Assembly: GCA_009781185.1 (NCBI GenBank)
Contig: WQYP01000004.1
Location: forward strand, 232-64,231
Source: Phycisphaerales bacterium
GTDB taxonomy: Bacteria > Planctomycetota > Phycisphaerae > WQYP01
DNA length: 64,000 nt
Direction: 5' to 3'
The translations under genes were made by a program, and so were the position numbers. Positions 29,330-38,770 of the stretch are shown in pieces (the stretch's first letter is position 1; every line of letters begins with the position of its first letter). Under the pieces are notes generated by a model, which saw only the letters and a program-made list of their open reading frames with translations, did not search any database and was not told where the DNA came from.

Positions 29330-30202
29330 ATGCAAATAGTCAATAATATAATATATATATTTATAGTTTATCTGCTGGCAAGCCAATCCTTTTCATTGAT
29401 TTATTACTCCGCCCGCTTTTTTCACATCGCCCACGCCGCAACCCTCACTTTTGCCGCCTATTTCACCTTTCTTTTTTCTCGGCAACTCTCATGTCCTGTG
29501 TGGCTGGCTGTTCCGTTGGCGGTGGGGTGGGCTGCAGGTGTGGGGATGTTGGCGGAGATTGCGTTGTATAGGCCGTTGCGGAGGCGGGGGGCATCGGCGA
29601 TGGTTTTGATGATTGCGTCGTTGGGGCTTTATGTGGTTTTGCAAAATGTGATTTCGATGGTGTGGGGGGATGATACCAAGAGTGTGCGGACGGGGGAGAT
29701 TCGGGTGGGGCGTGAGTTTTTTGGGGCGTATATCACAGATATTCAGATTACTACGATTGTGGTTTGTGTGGGGCTGTTTGTGGGGTGCGTGGTGTTGATG
29801 AAATATAGCCGGATTGGGCGGAATATCCGGGCGGTGGCGAGTAATCCGGAGTTGAGCAATATCGTGGGGATTGATTCGGATCGGGTGATTTTGTGGGCAT
29901 TTGGGATCGGGTCGGGGCTGGTGGCGGCGGCGGGGATTTTGATTGCGTTCGACACGGACATGAGGCCGACGATGGGGTTTAGCTGGCTGTTGTATGGGGT
30001 GGTGGCGATGATTATTGGGGGGGTGGGGAGCAACTGGGGGCTGGTGGGCGGGGCGTTGCTGCTGGCGACGGCGCAGCATCTGGCGGCGTATTACATCGGG
30101 AGCCAATGGATGGATGCGGTGGCGTATGTTATTTTGATATTGTTTTTGATGGCCAGGCCGCTGGGCTTTAGCGGGAAACGACTCAAGAAGATCGAGATTT
30201 AG
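29330..30202 (+). CDS. livH: branched-chain amino acid ABC transporter permease (LivH-like)
   Basis: Polytopic membrane protein with LivH-family sequence (RNIRAVASNPELSNIVGID). High-GC. Confidence 0.8.
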   Translation: MQIVNNIIYIFIVYLLASQSFSLIYYSARFFHIAHAATLTFAAYFTFLFSRQLSCPVWLAVPLAVGWAAGVGMLAEIALYRPLRRRGASAMVLMIASLGLYVVLQNVISMVWGDDTKSVRTGEIRVGREFFGAYITDIQITTIVVCVGLFVGCVVLMKYSRIGRNIRAVASNPELSNIVGIDSDRVILWAFGIGSGLVAAAGILIAFDTDMRPTMGFSWLLYGVVAMIIGGVGSNWGLVGGALLLATAQHLAAYYIGSQWMDAVAYVILILFLMARPLGFSGKRLKKIEI

Positions 30203-30204
30203 CG

Positions 30205-31077
30205 TTGGAATATTTGCTGCACTTATTGATTCTTGTGGGCATCTATGTGATGCTGTCGCAGAGCTTGAACCTCTCGGCGGGTTTCGGGGGGATGATTTCG
30301 CTGGCGCATGCGGGTTTTTATGGGGTGGGGGCGTATGCGGGGGCGTTGTTGGCGGTGCATTATCAGGTGCCGTTTTTGGTGGCGGTTCCGGCGGCGATGG
30401 TGCTGAGCGGAGTGTTGGCGCTGGTGGTGGCGACCATCGCGTTACGCACGATTGACGATTATTTCATTATCTGCACGCTGGGCATTCAGGTCGTTGTCTT
30501 TTCGCTGATGAACAATTGGATGTCGCTGACGCGTGGGCCGCTGGGGATACCGGGGATTCCGGGCATTTCGCTCTTCGGCGTGGAGGTCGGCAGCAAATGG
30601 GCGTTCCTGCTTTTGACGCTCGTTTTCGTCGCGGCGATCTTTTTATTCTTGAAGAAGCTGACTGGCTCGTCGTTTGGACGTGTGCTGCGTGCCTTGAGCG
30701 AGGATGAGATATTCACGCAATCGCTGGGGAAGAATGTTTATTTGTCGAAAGTGATTGCGTTTACGGCCGGCGCGATGCTGGCCGCGATTCCCGGCGTGCT
30801 CTACGCACACTACATCAGCTACATTGACCCGACCAGCTTTACGATAGACGAATCCATTTTTATTCTTTCCATCGTCATCATCGGCGGAATGCGCAACCTG
30901 TGGGGCAGCGTCATCGCCGCTGCCTTCCTCGTCTTCCTGCCGGAAATCTTACGCTTTGTCGGAATGCCCAACGCCATCGCCGCCAACATGCGCCAAATCA
31001 TTTATGGCGGAATATTGATAGCCATGATGTTTCGGTACAGCAAAGGTTTTGAAACCCATCACACGAAAACAGCGTGA
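30205..31077 (+). CDS. livM: branched-chain amino acid ABC transporter permease (LivM-like)
   Basis: LivM-family permease sequence (LTRGPLGIPGIPGISLFG). Confidence 0.8.
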   Translation: MEYLLHLLILVGIYVMLSQSLNLSAGFGGMISLAHAGFYGVGAYAGALLAVHYQVPFLVAVPAAMVLSGVLALVVATIALRTIDDYFIICTLGIQVVVFSLMNNWMSLTRGPLGIPGIPGISLFGVEVGSKWAFLLLTLVFVAAIFLFLKKLTGSSFGRVLRALSEDEIFTQSLGKNVYLSKVIAFTAGAMLAAIPGVLYAHYISYIDPTSFTIDESIFILSIVIIGGMRNLWGSVIAAAFLVFLPEILRFVGMPNAIAANMRQIIYGGILIAMMFRYSKGFETHHTKTA

Positions 31078-31098
31078 GTGGATTCACTCCATCGCCGG

Positions 31099-31569
31099 CT
31101 ACACGTAATACCTCATTCGCCGATGGCCTTCACTGTCATCAGTCTTCACCGTGCCTGCCAGTGTGAGCGGTTTCAGGAACAGGCTGATCTTGAAGCCGTC
31201 GAGTTCAGGGAACTCCTTCACCAGATCGCCTGCCATGAATTTCTCGCCTTTTCGGGCTTCCAACCAGCGAGCCACTCGCTCACGCACTTCATCGAGATTG
31301 CGGTATGTTCGCTTCTGCTGCGGCTGCGATGCCGGCACACGTTTACTGCCGGTGATCGTCATGATCGCGTCTTCGATCTGCGAGAGTTGATGATTCAATT
31401 CCTCCATGCGGTCCAAGATGCTCGTCTTCGCTTGTTGCAGCGATTCGAGTTGTTCGAGTTTTTTCTGCTTCGCCTCGGTCTCGATTTTCTGAATCTCTTC
31501 CAACACCTTCCTGGCGACAGCGTTATCTGTAAGGTTGGTTCCTTGCTGCGTTTTTCTGGGCGTTTGCAT
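31099..31569 (-). CDS. hypothetical coiled-coil protein (157 aa)
   Basis: ATG at 31569 with RBS GGAGA, chosen within longer ORF 31099..31839. Convergent with livM. Confidence 0.4.
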   Translation of the reverse strand: MQTPRKTQQGTNLTDNAVARKVLEEIQKIETEAKQKKLEQLESLQQAKTSILDRMEELNHQLSQIEDAIMTITGSKRVPASQPQQKRTYRNLDEVRERVARWLEARKGEKFMAGDLVKEFPELDGFKISLFLKPLTLAGTVKTDDSEGHRRMRYYV

Positions 31570-31866
31570 GATTTCTCCAAGAAAACCGGAATGGTGTGCG
31601 AACGAAAAGAGTATACTGGTCGTGCCTGAATCGTCAATTTTTCTCCCGCATAGAGCGAACGCGGTATCCCTCCCCATACTGGCCGCATTGAACTCGCCCT
31701 TCCCTCTCTCCCGTGGCAGATCGCCAAAACGTGGCACTGGTGGAATATGCGTTTTCACAGTCAAAAACAGGGAAAAACCGTCAAAAGTGCCAAACCCGGC
31801 ATTATTTGTGTGCTGCGCCTCCCCATCCTTATTTCCCACGCTCTGCCGAATTGTCGGTGGGGCGGA

Positions 31867-33222
31867 TCACGCCAGAGCCAACTGTTCTCGTGGACTGGCG
31901 GGCGGTGTCGTTTCCCACGGCAGAGACAACTCGGCGACAGGGCCACGATCCGATGCGCCCATGACCGCGACGGCCATGTATTCGGGAGCGGTTTGGAATC
32001 GCGTAATCTGGTAGTTGCCCGCGCCCGGCGAGAGTGAAATAACCAGGTCCGGCTCACGCGTGGTGTCCACGGGGGAGGTGGGGCCGAACCATACGCCGAA
32101 CCACAGATCGTCGGCGATGGTATCGGCGGCGACGGACCAGTGGATGACGGTGGCGAAGCTGATGATTTCACGGCGTAAATTCTGGGTCGCCGGTAGGCCG
32201 AGGAGAGGGACGGTTTCGCCGGTGATTAAGGTGAGACGTTGGCGCGACCGTGCGGAATCCCAAAAGGCATGGGATGCGACGAGTTCGATTTCGTAAACGC
32301 CGTCGGCCAACGGCACATCTGTCAACTGGCGTAGCTGCGCCTCGGCGGGGATGAAGCCAAGGCAGACACGCTGGTTGGTTTGCGTATCGCGGGCGTAGAT
32401 CGACCAGCCTTCTCGCAGGAAGGCGTGATGGCGAGTTGATGTCACGCCGTATTGGATGCAGCGCATATCCAAGCGGCTGGGAACGTTCTGGCCCGTGATG
32501 TGACGAAGATCGAACTGCGCAGGCTCGTGGCCAAAAGTGATGGCCCGTTCGTCGAACCTCGCGACAATCTGTCCGTTGTAGGGCTGTCGGGACGAGAATC
32601 GTACCGGCACCCCGGCGACTGTGGCGATTTTGTTGGTACTGAAGCGGTTGGTGATTTCGGTCTGGTGAGCGTTGCGCTGGGCGAACCTTGTCATACCCTC
32701 GGCGATCACCCTGGCGTGGATTGTGTATCGGCTGGCCAACTGAGTTCCCACACGGTCGCGCAGGATGTTGAATTGGCTGATTTGTTCGATGGTGTTTGTG
32801 GTACGCTCGTTGAATCGTCCCGGCGCGATGGCGAACGTGCGGAAGCTCTTGGGGGCGGGGACTGTTTCGAGCACATACGGCCCGTAGTAGCCGTAGTAGT
32901 AATAGCAGTAGATGCTCAGGTAATACCACCCCTCCCGCTGCGGCGTGTAGGTGATCTTGACGGTGTAGTCGCCGTCGTCGCCGCCGTAGGAATTGCCCGA
33001 TAGATACGAACCGTTCGAATCGTACAAGTAAAGGTAATGGCTGTAGTTCGTCGGCAGGCGAGTTTGGAAGGTGTAAGTTTGGCCGGCGAGCAAGTACACT
33101 GCCCACCAGTCTTGGGACTGGTCGTATGTCGTGGCACCGAAGACGCGCGTGCCGCCGGGATACTGGGTGGCGTCCCAGGTGAAGGCGTTGGCTTGGCTTG
33201 AACCGTTTTCTGACCCCGGCAT
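31867..33222 (-). CDS. hypothetical protein with N-terminal PPC/pre-peptidase-like beta-sandwich and Tyr-rich segment; candidate phage tail or fiber cargo
   Basis: ATG at 33222 overlaps the upstream stop (TAAacATG). Motif YTFQT..YLYLYDSNGSYL ... YYLSIYCYYYYGYYGPY. Confidence 0.4.
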   Translation of the reverse strand: MPGSENGSSQANAFTWDATQYPGGTRVFGATTYDQSQDWWAVYLLAGQTYTFQTRLPTNYSHYLYLYDSNGSYLSGNSYGGDDGDYTVKITYTPQREGWYYLSIYCYYYYGYYGPYVLETVPAPKSFRTFAIAPGRFNERTTNTIEQISQFNILRDRVGTQLASRYTIHARVIAEGMTRFAQRNAHQTEITNRFSTNKIATVAGVPVRFSSRQPYNGQIVARFDERAITFGHEPAQFDLRHITGQNVPSRLDMRCIQYGVTSTRHHAFLREGWSIYARDTQTNQRVCLGFIPAEAQLRQLTDVPLADGVYEIELVASHAFWDSARSRQRLTLITGETVPLLGLPATQNLRREIISFATVIHWSVAADTIADDLWFGVWFGPTSPVDTTREPDLVISLSPGAGNYQITRFQTAPEYMAVAVMGASDRGPVAELSLPWETTPPASPREQLALA

Positions 33223-33224
33223 GT

Positions 33225-34757
33225 TTAGCTCCACGAGTAACGGGTGTCGGCGTCGATGTTGGGGCGGGATTGATGGCCGTCCATGATCCACTCGCGTCGC
33301 CAGACGCCGTGCAACTTGCCGGCGCTGAGGTTGCCGAGGTCGATGGCGGTGGATTGGGTGTAGGCGTCTTGGAAGGTGACGCTGGTGAGAGCGGGGGCGA
33401 GGGTTGCGGAGGCGGGGTTTTCATATTGGTTCAGGAGCGGTTTGTTGGCACCGAGGTCCACGTCGCTCATGAGTTCGATGGTTTGGCCGGACGACCAGTT
33501 GACGGCGGTGTAGCCTCGCAGGCCGAGGATAGCGTCTGCGGTGGCGCGGGCCATGTTGGTGTTGTTGACGCGGAGGTAGTCGCTGCTGGTGAAGGTGCCG
33601 ACGACTTTTTTTAGCAGGAGTGTGCCGGTGGCGTTGCTGGTGCTCCAGGAGCCGCTGGTGAGCAGGACTTGATCGACGACGGCTGTTGCGCTCGAGTAAT
33701 ATCCCGTCAGCACATCGCCTTGGCGGATTTGGTTGGTGCCGTTCGTGAAGGGCAGCGTTGCCCAATCGACTTGCATGCAATACAGCGTGTTGCCGCTGCG
33801 GTAGAGGACGTAGCGACAATCACCGGCGCTGTTGTTGGCGGATTTGTTTTTGATCCAGAAGCTGCGTGTCGGCCAATCGGAGGCGTCGGTGACGTCGAAT
33901 CCGGCGGCGAGAAGGCCGAGGCTTTGGCCGTAGTCGATGGTTGTGGTTGCGCCGGCGGGTCTGCCTGTGTAAACGGACAGGTCCACCATTGCGTCCACTG
34001 GGTCGGTGTTCTTGACGCATTCCAGGCGGTAGCGCGTTTTGCCGCCGTTGTTGGTGGTGGTTTCGTAGCCTTCGTAGTCGGGGGTGAGTGTGCGCTGGGG
34101 ATAGTCGAGTGTCCATGTATCGGTGCGATCCGCTGTGGCGAGTTGGGCGGCGTTCACGTCGATTTGGATGAAGCCTTGGCCGTCGGCGGCGAAGACGATA
34201 CCGCTGGTGACATTGTTCGAGACGTCCAAACCTACACCATATGCTTGCGTTCCCATTTTGATGAAGACCTGTTGCAGGGCGCGGCGGTAGTTGATTGTCA
34301 GTGTGCCTGCACCCAGAAAAGCCGATGCTTTTCTGATCGTTACGCCGGTGACCTGCACGCCGGCGACAGGTTTGAACTCCGGCAGCACGCCGCCGACGAG
34401 CATGCCGACAATTTCGGTGCTGGAGCGATAGTTGCCGCCAAGCACCAAGCGGAAGGTATCACCGGCCTGCGGAATTGCTGGCAGGTCTTGCGTGAGCGTG
34501 AGGGTGCGGCTGGCGCTGGTAGAACTTTTGACGTGGAAGAACTGGCCTTGGAGAGCGGCGGTGGTGGTGTTGCCTTCGAACCAGCCGATGGCTCCGGCCC
34601 AGTAATCGTCGGCCTGCGAGAGAGCCGAGGCGATGATGCTGGTGAGTCCCCCCCCCTCGCTTCCTGCGGTTGTCGTCCAGAGCGGCAGTGCAGCACCGTC
34701 GCTCGTGAGATTCTTCGCGGGATAGTAGACACGAAGCTTATCGGAAGTTGGTGTCAT
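33225..34757 (-). CDS. hypothetical large beta-rich protein (candidate tail fiber or receptor-binding)
   Basis: ATG at 34757 within ORF open to 35015. Thr/Ser/Gly-rich and tightly packed with neighbours. Confidence 0.4.
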   Translation of the reverse strand: MTPTSDKLRVYYPAKNLTSDGAALPLWTTTAGSEGGGLTSIIASALSQADDYWAGAIGWFEGNTTTAALQGQFFHVKSSTSASRTLTLTQDLPAIPQAGDTFRLVLGGNYRSSTEIVGMLVGGVLPEFKPVAGVQVTGVTIRKASAFLGAGTLTINYRRALQQVFIKMGTQAYGVGLDVSNNVTSGIVFAADGQGFIQIDVNAAQLATADRTDTWTLDYPQRTLTPDYEGYETTTNNGGKTRYRLECVKNTDPVDAMVDLSVYTGRPAGATTTIDYGQSLGLLAAGFDVTDASDWPTRSFWIKNKSANNSAGDCRYVLYRSGNTLYCMQVDWATLPFTNGTNQIRQGDVLTGYYSSATAVVDQVLLTSGSWSTSNATGTLLLKKVVGTFTSSDYLRVNNTNMARATADAILGLRGYTAVNWSSGQTIELMSDVDLGANKPLLNQYENPASATLAPALTSVTFQDAYTQSTAIDLGNLSAGKLHGVWRREWIMDGHQSRPNIDADTRYSWS

Positions 34758-34761
34758 TCCT

Positions 34762-35337
34762 TCAATTCTCCAATGTAAAAGTGTACGTTTTTGAAATGCT
34801 GCCGGCGGTGACGACCAGCGAAGGCGTCGTTTTTGGCAAGTCCCACACGAAGTAGTTCCATGCCTGGCGGAGAGATTCGTTGCCGTAGGCGTCCATTGCT
34901 TCGACGTGGAAGAAGTGCCAGCCGGCGGCCAGTGGGCTTGGACAGGTGATTTGGTAGTTGTCCAGCCCCGCTCGCGCTGGCAGTTCAAGCAGCAGTGTTT
35001 CGTTTGCTTCCGCATAACCGCGATGGTACAGGCGATAGCGTGCGGCTTCGGGTACGCAGCGCCACTGGATCGTTGGTTGGGTGTTCGACGGAATCTCGAT
35101 GGCGGCGGGTACGACGCTGATGTCGGGGAAGTCGTGAATCTCCAAGGCGATGATGGCGCTGGCGGACCAGGGCACGGGTACTACGCGTTCGGCGGTGTCC
35201 ATGAGAATCGGGCCAAGCGTGTGTTTGCCGTTGATGAAGAGCCACGATGCGCCGGTGGGCCACGGGCATGTCCAGGCGATGTTGCAGCGCGAGAAGTCCA
35301 GCGGGGTGATGCGGAAGTTTTTATTCAGCATCACCAC
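34762..35337 (-). CDS. hypothetical protein, FN3/Ig-like
   Basis: 191-aa ORF packed in an operon with its neighbours. Confidence 0.4.
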   Translation of the reverse strand: MVMLNKNFRITPLDFSRCNIAWTCPWPTGASWLFINGKHTLGPILMDTAERVVPVPWSASAIIALEIHDFPDISVVPAAIEIPSNTQPTIQWRCVPEAARYRLYHRGYAEANETLLLELPARAGLDNYQITCPSPLAAGWHFFHVEAMDAYGNESLRQAWNYFVWDLPKTTPSLVVTAGSISKTYTFTLEN

Positions 35338-36421
35338 CCCCTCTCTGCTCCGCGATCAACTTTTCCAGCGCCTGCCAGTCGGGGGTGGTGCCTTGCGTTT
35401 GGTACGCTTTGCGAGCGGTGCGAATGGCGGCATGCAACGATGGCCACTGTTGGGATTCGTCTTCGGCTTCGTGCAGGTGTCCGACGGCGCGGAGGCGATA
35501 GGCGTAGCCGTCCTGGGTTTCGGACAAGAGCACGTAGGCTGCGCCGAGGTGTTTTTCGACGCATTCCAAGCACGACGGACGCGTGGTCGGGATCGCTGTT
35601 GAAGATGCGGTGTTTTTGCAGTTGCATTTCCTTACGGGAATCGTGGACGAAGAAGCGGCGGGTAATTGGCCCGGCAGGCGAGCGATGGCGATCTGCGTGG
35701 TGTCGCTGGCGGTCGATTGGGCTTCGACGATTCGCCTGTCCTCGAACTGTGTGCCGGTGCGCTGGGCGTAGAGCAGTTTGTCGCCGAGGATCGTGCATTT
35801 GTAGGCGGGTTTGCCGTCGTCGCAGGTGATGGTGCGCTGGGTGTCGGTGGCCAAATCGTATTCGATTGTAAAGACGTTTTCTTCGCCCTCTTCCTGCTGC
35901 CACTGACCGCTGATGAGCAGTTTGTCGGGGGCGTCGGCGCGATACGCTGCGCGGTAGATGAACGCGCCGGGGAGTTCGATGACCTTGTCTCCACCTGCTC
36001 CACCCAAGGGACGGCGAACATGGACCAGATTTTCCGGTTCGCCGTGGACGAGCCTGTCCTTATAGATGTGGCCGGACCGCGCTGCTTGAATTGCCACGGG
36101 TGGGCGGAGGCGGTCCAGCGACAGGCCGTCGAAGCGGTAGAGGCGGAATAACGGATCGTCGGTCTTGCCGCCGGCGATCAGAGTTACATGCCAACCTGCA
36201 TCGTCGTGCCACGCCGTCGGCGCACATTCGCACAGGTCTGCGGGTAAGGCCGTCGGCAATCGCCGGACATCACCGTCGGGTGTGCGGAAGTATGCCTTCC
36301 AGATACGCTGCTGGTCGGCTTGGCAAAACAGCAACACCTCGTGCCCTTCCTGATCGAACGTCAAAAACGGCATGTGCGTCATGAGTCCCGCGCTGTGGAG
36401 TTCGTCCAACATCGACATCAC
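35321..36421 (-). CDS. hypothetical protein (366 aa)
   Basis: No recognisable motif. Shares strand and tight spacing with its neighbours. Confidence 0.4.
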   Translation of the reverse strand: MMSMLDELHSAGLMTHMPFLTFDQEGHEVLLFCQADQQRIWKAYFRTPDGDVRRLPTALPADLCECAPTAWHDDAGWHVTLIAGGKTDDPLFRLYRFDGLSLDRLRPPVAIQAARSGHIYKDRLVHGEPENLVHVRRPLGGAGGDKVIELPGAFIYRAAYRADAPDKLLISGQWQQEEGEENVFTIEYDLATDTQRTITCDDGKPAYKCTILGDKLLYAQRTGTQFEDRRIVEAQSTASDTTQIAIARLPGQLPAASSSTIPVRKCNCKNTASSTAIPTTRPSCLECVEKHLGAAYVLLSETQDGYAYRLRAVGHLHEAEDESQQWPSLHAAIRTARKAYQTQGTTPDWQALEKLIAEQRGGGDAE

Positions 36422-36449
36422 CTCAGTATGAGTATTTCAGCAACATATT

Positions 36450-36926
36450 TCAGCAAGAATATCTCGGGCTAGTTGGCTGGCAGGTTCCTGGCCAATGGAT
36501 CAAATCGTCTTCGGGGTCGTAACAGCCGATTTGAAGTTCCAGGTAGCCGTTGTAGTAATAGCCCGAGCGGAATTCGTCGGGCAGGTTCACGAGTTGGCCG
36601 CGATTGTTGACGCAGCCGGCACCGTACCAGGGGTAGCCGCCGGGGTAGCAACTGCCCAGTTCGATCAGCCGCCAATAGGAGTTTGACGGGGCTTGGTGCG
36701 GGCCTTGGTACGGCGTTAAATCCCATGTCGGGCTGGTTTCGGCGTTGGTGACATAGGAGCCGAGCACCTTGGGTTTGCAGCCGCAGCAGAAAGTGCAGTG
36801 GCCGTCGGCGTCGTAAACAGCGCCCTTGCCGCCGGGAAGCAGGCCGCGTTTGCCCGCTCTCCCGCCACTGCTTCCTGCTTCATCATCCTCATCTTTTAGC
36901 ACAACAGTTTTGCCGGCAGCGCTCAT
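36450..36926 (-). CDS. hypothetical Gly/Cys/Tyr-rich protein
   Basis: ATG at 36926 overlaps the upstream stop (ATGA). Confidence 0.35.
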   Translation of the reverse strand: MSAAGKTVVLKDEDDEAGSSGGRAGKRGLLPGGKGAVYDADGHCTFCCGCKPKVLGSYVTNAETSPTWDLTPYQGPHQAPSNSYWRLIELGSCYPGGYPWYGAGCVNNRGQLVNLPDEFRSGYYYNGYLELQIGCYDPEDDLIHWPGTCQPTSPRYSC

Positions 36927-37777
36927 AAATACGTCCCTCCTCCCGCGTCTCCCGCATCTTGGCAGGAGGCTTGTTCGAGTTGTTCGTTGATCCAGCCGAG
37001 CACGAGGTCGTTGTCTTTGTTGTAGTGGGCGTAGCCGAAGGTGGCTTCGATCATGTAGCCGACGGAGGGACGCTTCCATTGATGCGGATCAGATGTGGGA
37101 TCGACATCTTCGGCCAGCGTGTCGTCGGTGGCTGGATCGATTACGTCATACGTCCATGTGGCGGGATTTTCTTCGTCGCCTTGTTCGCCGCCGGTTTGTT
37201 TGAGCTTCACGGGGAAGATGCACGTCGGTAGCGGCGGCCCCAATCGCACCAAGGCCCACTGTACGCCGGTACCGCCTTCGCGCCAGAGGATCGTCGCCGC
37301 GCCGTAGTGCTTGGCTTTCAGGTTGGCTGTCTTGCCGTCAGCGATGTCGGCATACGGGTACTCCACATCCTCATCCGGCACGTCGATCTTCACCGGGCAG
37401 ATGCCCGCGCCGTAGGCCATGCCGATCTTTTTGCTCTTGAGGGGTTCGAGGAGAATCACGAACTTGCCGACGTGATCGTCTTCGCTGGGCGTGACGCCAA
37501 CCACCGCGACTTTGTTTTTGAAGGCGTCGAGGTTGTCCTCGGGATCGATGATCGGCGAATCGATTCCCAACACGCTGTAACGCGAGAGATCGTTGCCGCT
37601 GTCGTTGCGAACCAGCACGATCCCGCTGGAACGCATCGCCGATTGCGGCGTCGAACCGATGTTCCGCTGACTCGCCTGGAACGCCCGCGTCGTATCGATG
37701 AAGGCGTTGTAAGTCGTCGCCGGAATACGTAGCTTGTCGCCCGGTTTCACTTTCTTTAGCGGATCGCCCATCGCCAT
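36923..37777 (-). CDS. hypothetical protein (284 aa)
   Basis: ORF with no motif recognised. Confidence 0.4.
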   Translation of the reverse strand: MAMGDPLKKVKPGDKLRIPATTYNAFIDTTRAFQASQRNIGSTPQSAMRSSGIVLVRNDSGNDLSRYSVLGIDSPIIDPEDNLDAFKNKVAVVGVTPSEDDHVGKFVILLEPLKSKKIGMAYGAGICPVKIDVPDEDVEYPYADIADGKTANLKAKHYGAATILWREGGTGVQWALVRLGPPLPTCIFPVKLKQTGGEQGDEENPATWTYDVIDPATDDTLAEDVDPTSDPHQWKRPSVGYMIEATFGYAHYNKDNDLVLGWINEQLEQASCQDAGDAGGGTYL

Positions 37778-37813
37778 TTTGTCAGCTCCTGCTCTGTCTC
37801 GACCTTCTGATTC

Positions 37814-37919
37814 ACCACGAAGACACGAAGAGCACGAAGACCCACGAAGTCTATTTTTAATTTTTAATTTTTAATTTTTTTTTTTCGTGGGTCTTCGTGT
37901 TCTTCGTGGCTTCGTGGTG
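37814..37919. repeat. large imperfect inverted repeat: ~36-bp arms built from CACGAAG heptads (x4 per arm) flanking an AT-rich core (TTTTTAA x3 + T11)
   Basis: Left arm CACCACGAAGACACGAAGAGCACGAAGACCCACGAAG. Right arm CGTGGGTCTTCGTGTTCTTCGTGGCTTCGTGGTG. Confidence 0.6.
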
Positions 37920-37960
37920 ACGTCGGCGTTCGGAAAAACGGGAGGATTGAGACAAAGCCG

Positions 37961-38770
37961 TCAGCTCCCGATTCCTAATCCCGCGAAGTTGGCCGATTCG
38001 TAAACACTTTCGATGTAGACCGCCACGGGCTTTTTGATCAGCTCTTTGGAGTCTTCGTCCTCGGCGTCCTGGTAGCGCACCCACATGTAATCCCAGCCTC
38101 TCTTGCTGATTCCGCTGATGGTGCCGACGCGTAATCCCGTGGCGTTGGGACTCGCCGCGAACTTGAAACTGATCTCCCAATCGCCGTCGTAGACGCTCTG
38201 GCCTTTGGTTCGCTGTGAGCCGCTGGCTCCCAAAAACAAACACTCGCCAGCGGCACAACCTCGGAACGAGGCACTGTTGATCTTGCCGGTAAGATAGAAG
38301 AGCTGTCCTCGGTAAGGGGCCGTCACCACCGCTGCCGGGAGATAATGCGTTTCGGAGAACTGATAGACTGGGATCGTGATGTCCACGCCTTCGACGCTCT
38401 CGTGTGTCACGCCGATCGCGCCACCGAAGTCGGGGGCGCTGTTGGGATAACGTCCGACGGTTTGGATGCTTTGGGTGATATGCTGCGTGCCGCCGCCGGT
38501 GTCGAAGGTGAACGTCGATTCGCCCGTCTCCGGCTGCTGCTCCATCCGGCCATAACGCACCTTGCCGTCCCACAGCAACGGCCCGACAGGCTCAATATTC
38601 AAACTCTGCCGCACCAAACCGTCATACCAGACCGGCGTGGCCGCCCGCAGTGACTGCTTGGCCGCCAAGTCGTCATCGGTCCCCGCCACCACAAACGCCA
38701 ACTCGACGGACGCACCATCCCCCAGCGACGACTGACGGCTCTCGAATTTTTCCTGCACGCTGATCGCCAT
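37961..38770 (-). CDS. hypothetical protein (269 aa), first gene downstream of the recombinase
   Basis: Starts 1 nt after the recombinase stop. Confidence 0.45.
   Translation of the reverse strand: MAISVQEKFESRQSSLGDGASVELAFVVAGTDDDLAAKQSLRAATPVWYDGLVRQSLNIEPVGPLLWDGKVRYGRMEQQPETGESTFTFDTGGGTQHITQSIQTVGRYPNSAPDFGGAIGVTHESVEGVDITIPVYQFSETHYLPAAVVTAPYRGQLFYLTGKINSASFRGCAAGECLFLGASGSQRTKGQSVYDGDWEISFKFAASPNATGLRVGTISGISKRGWDYMWVRYQDAEDEDSKELIKKPVAVYIESVYESANFAGLGIGS

Noticed and set aside
29489-30106. 205-aa His/Pro/Arg-rich minus-strand ORF
   Set aside because: Antisense to the livH-like permease, with a low-complexity translation.
32168-33424. 418-aa minus-strand ORF in an alternative frame over 31867..33291
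   Set aside because: Pro/Arg/Ser-rich junk translation. The other frame is tightly coupled to the upstream gene and has PPC-like sequence.
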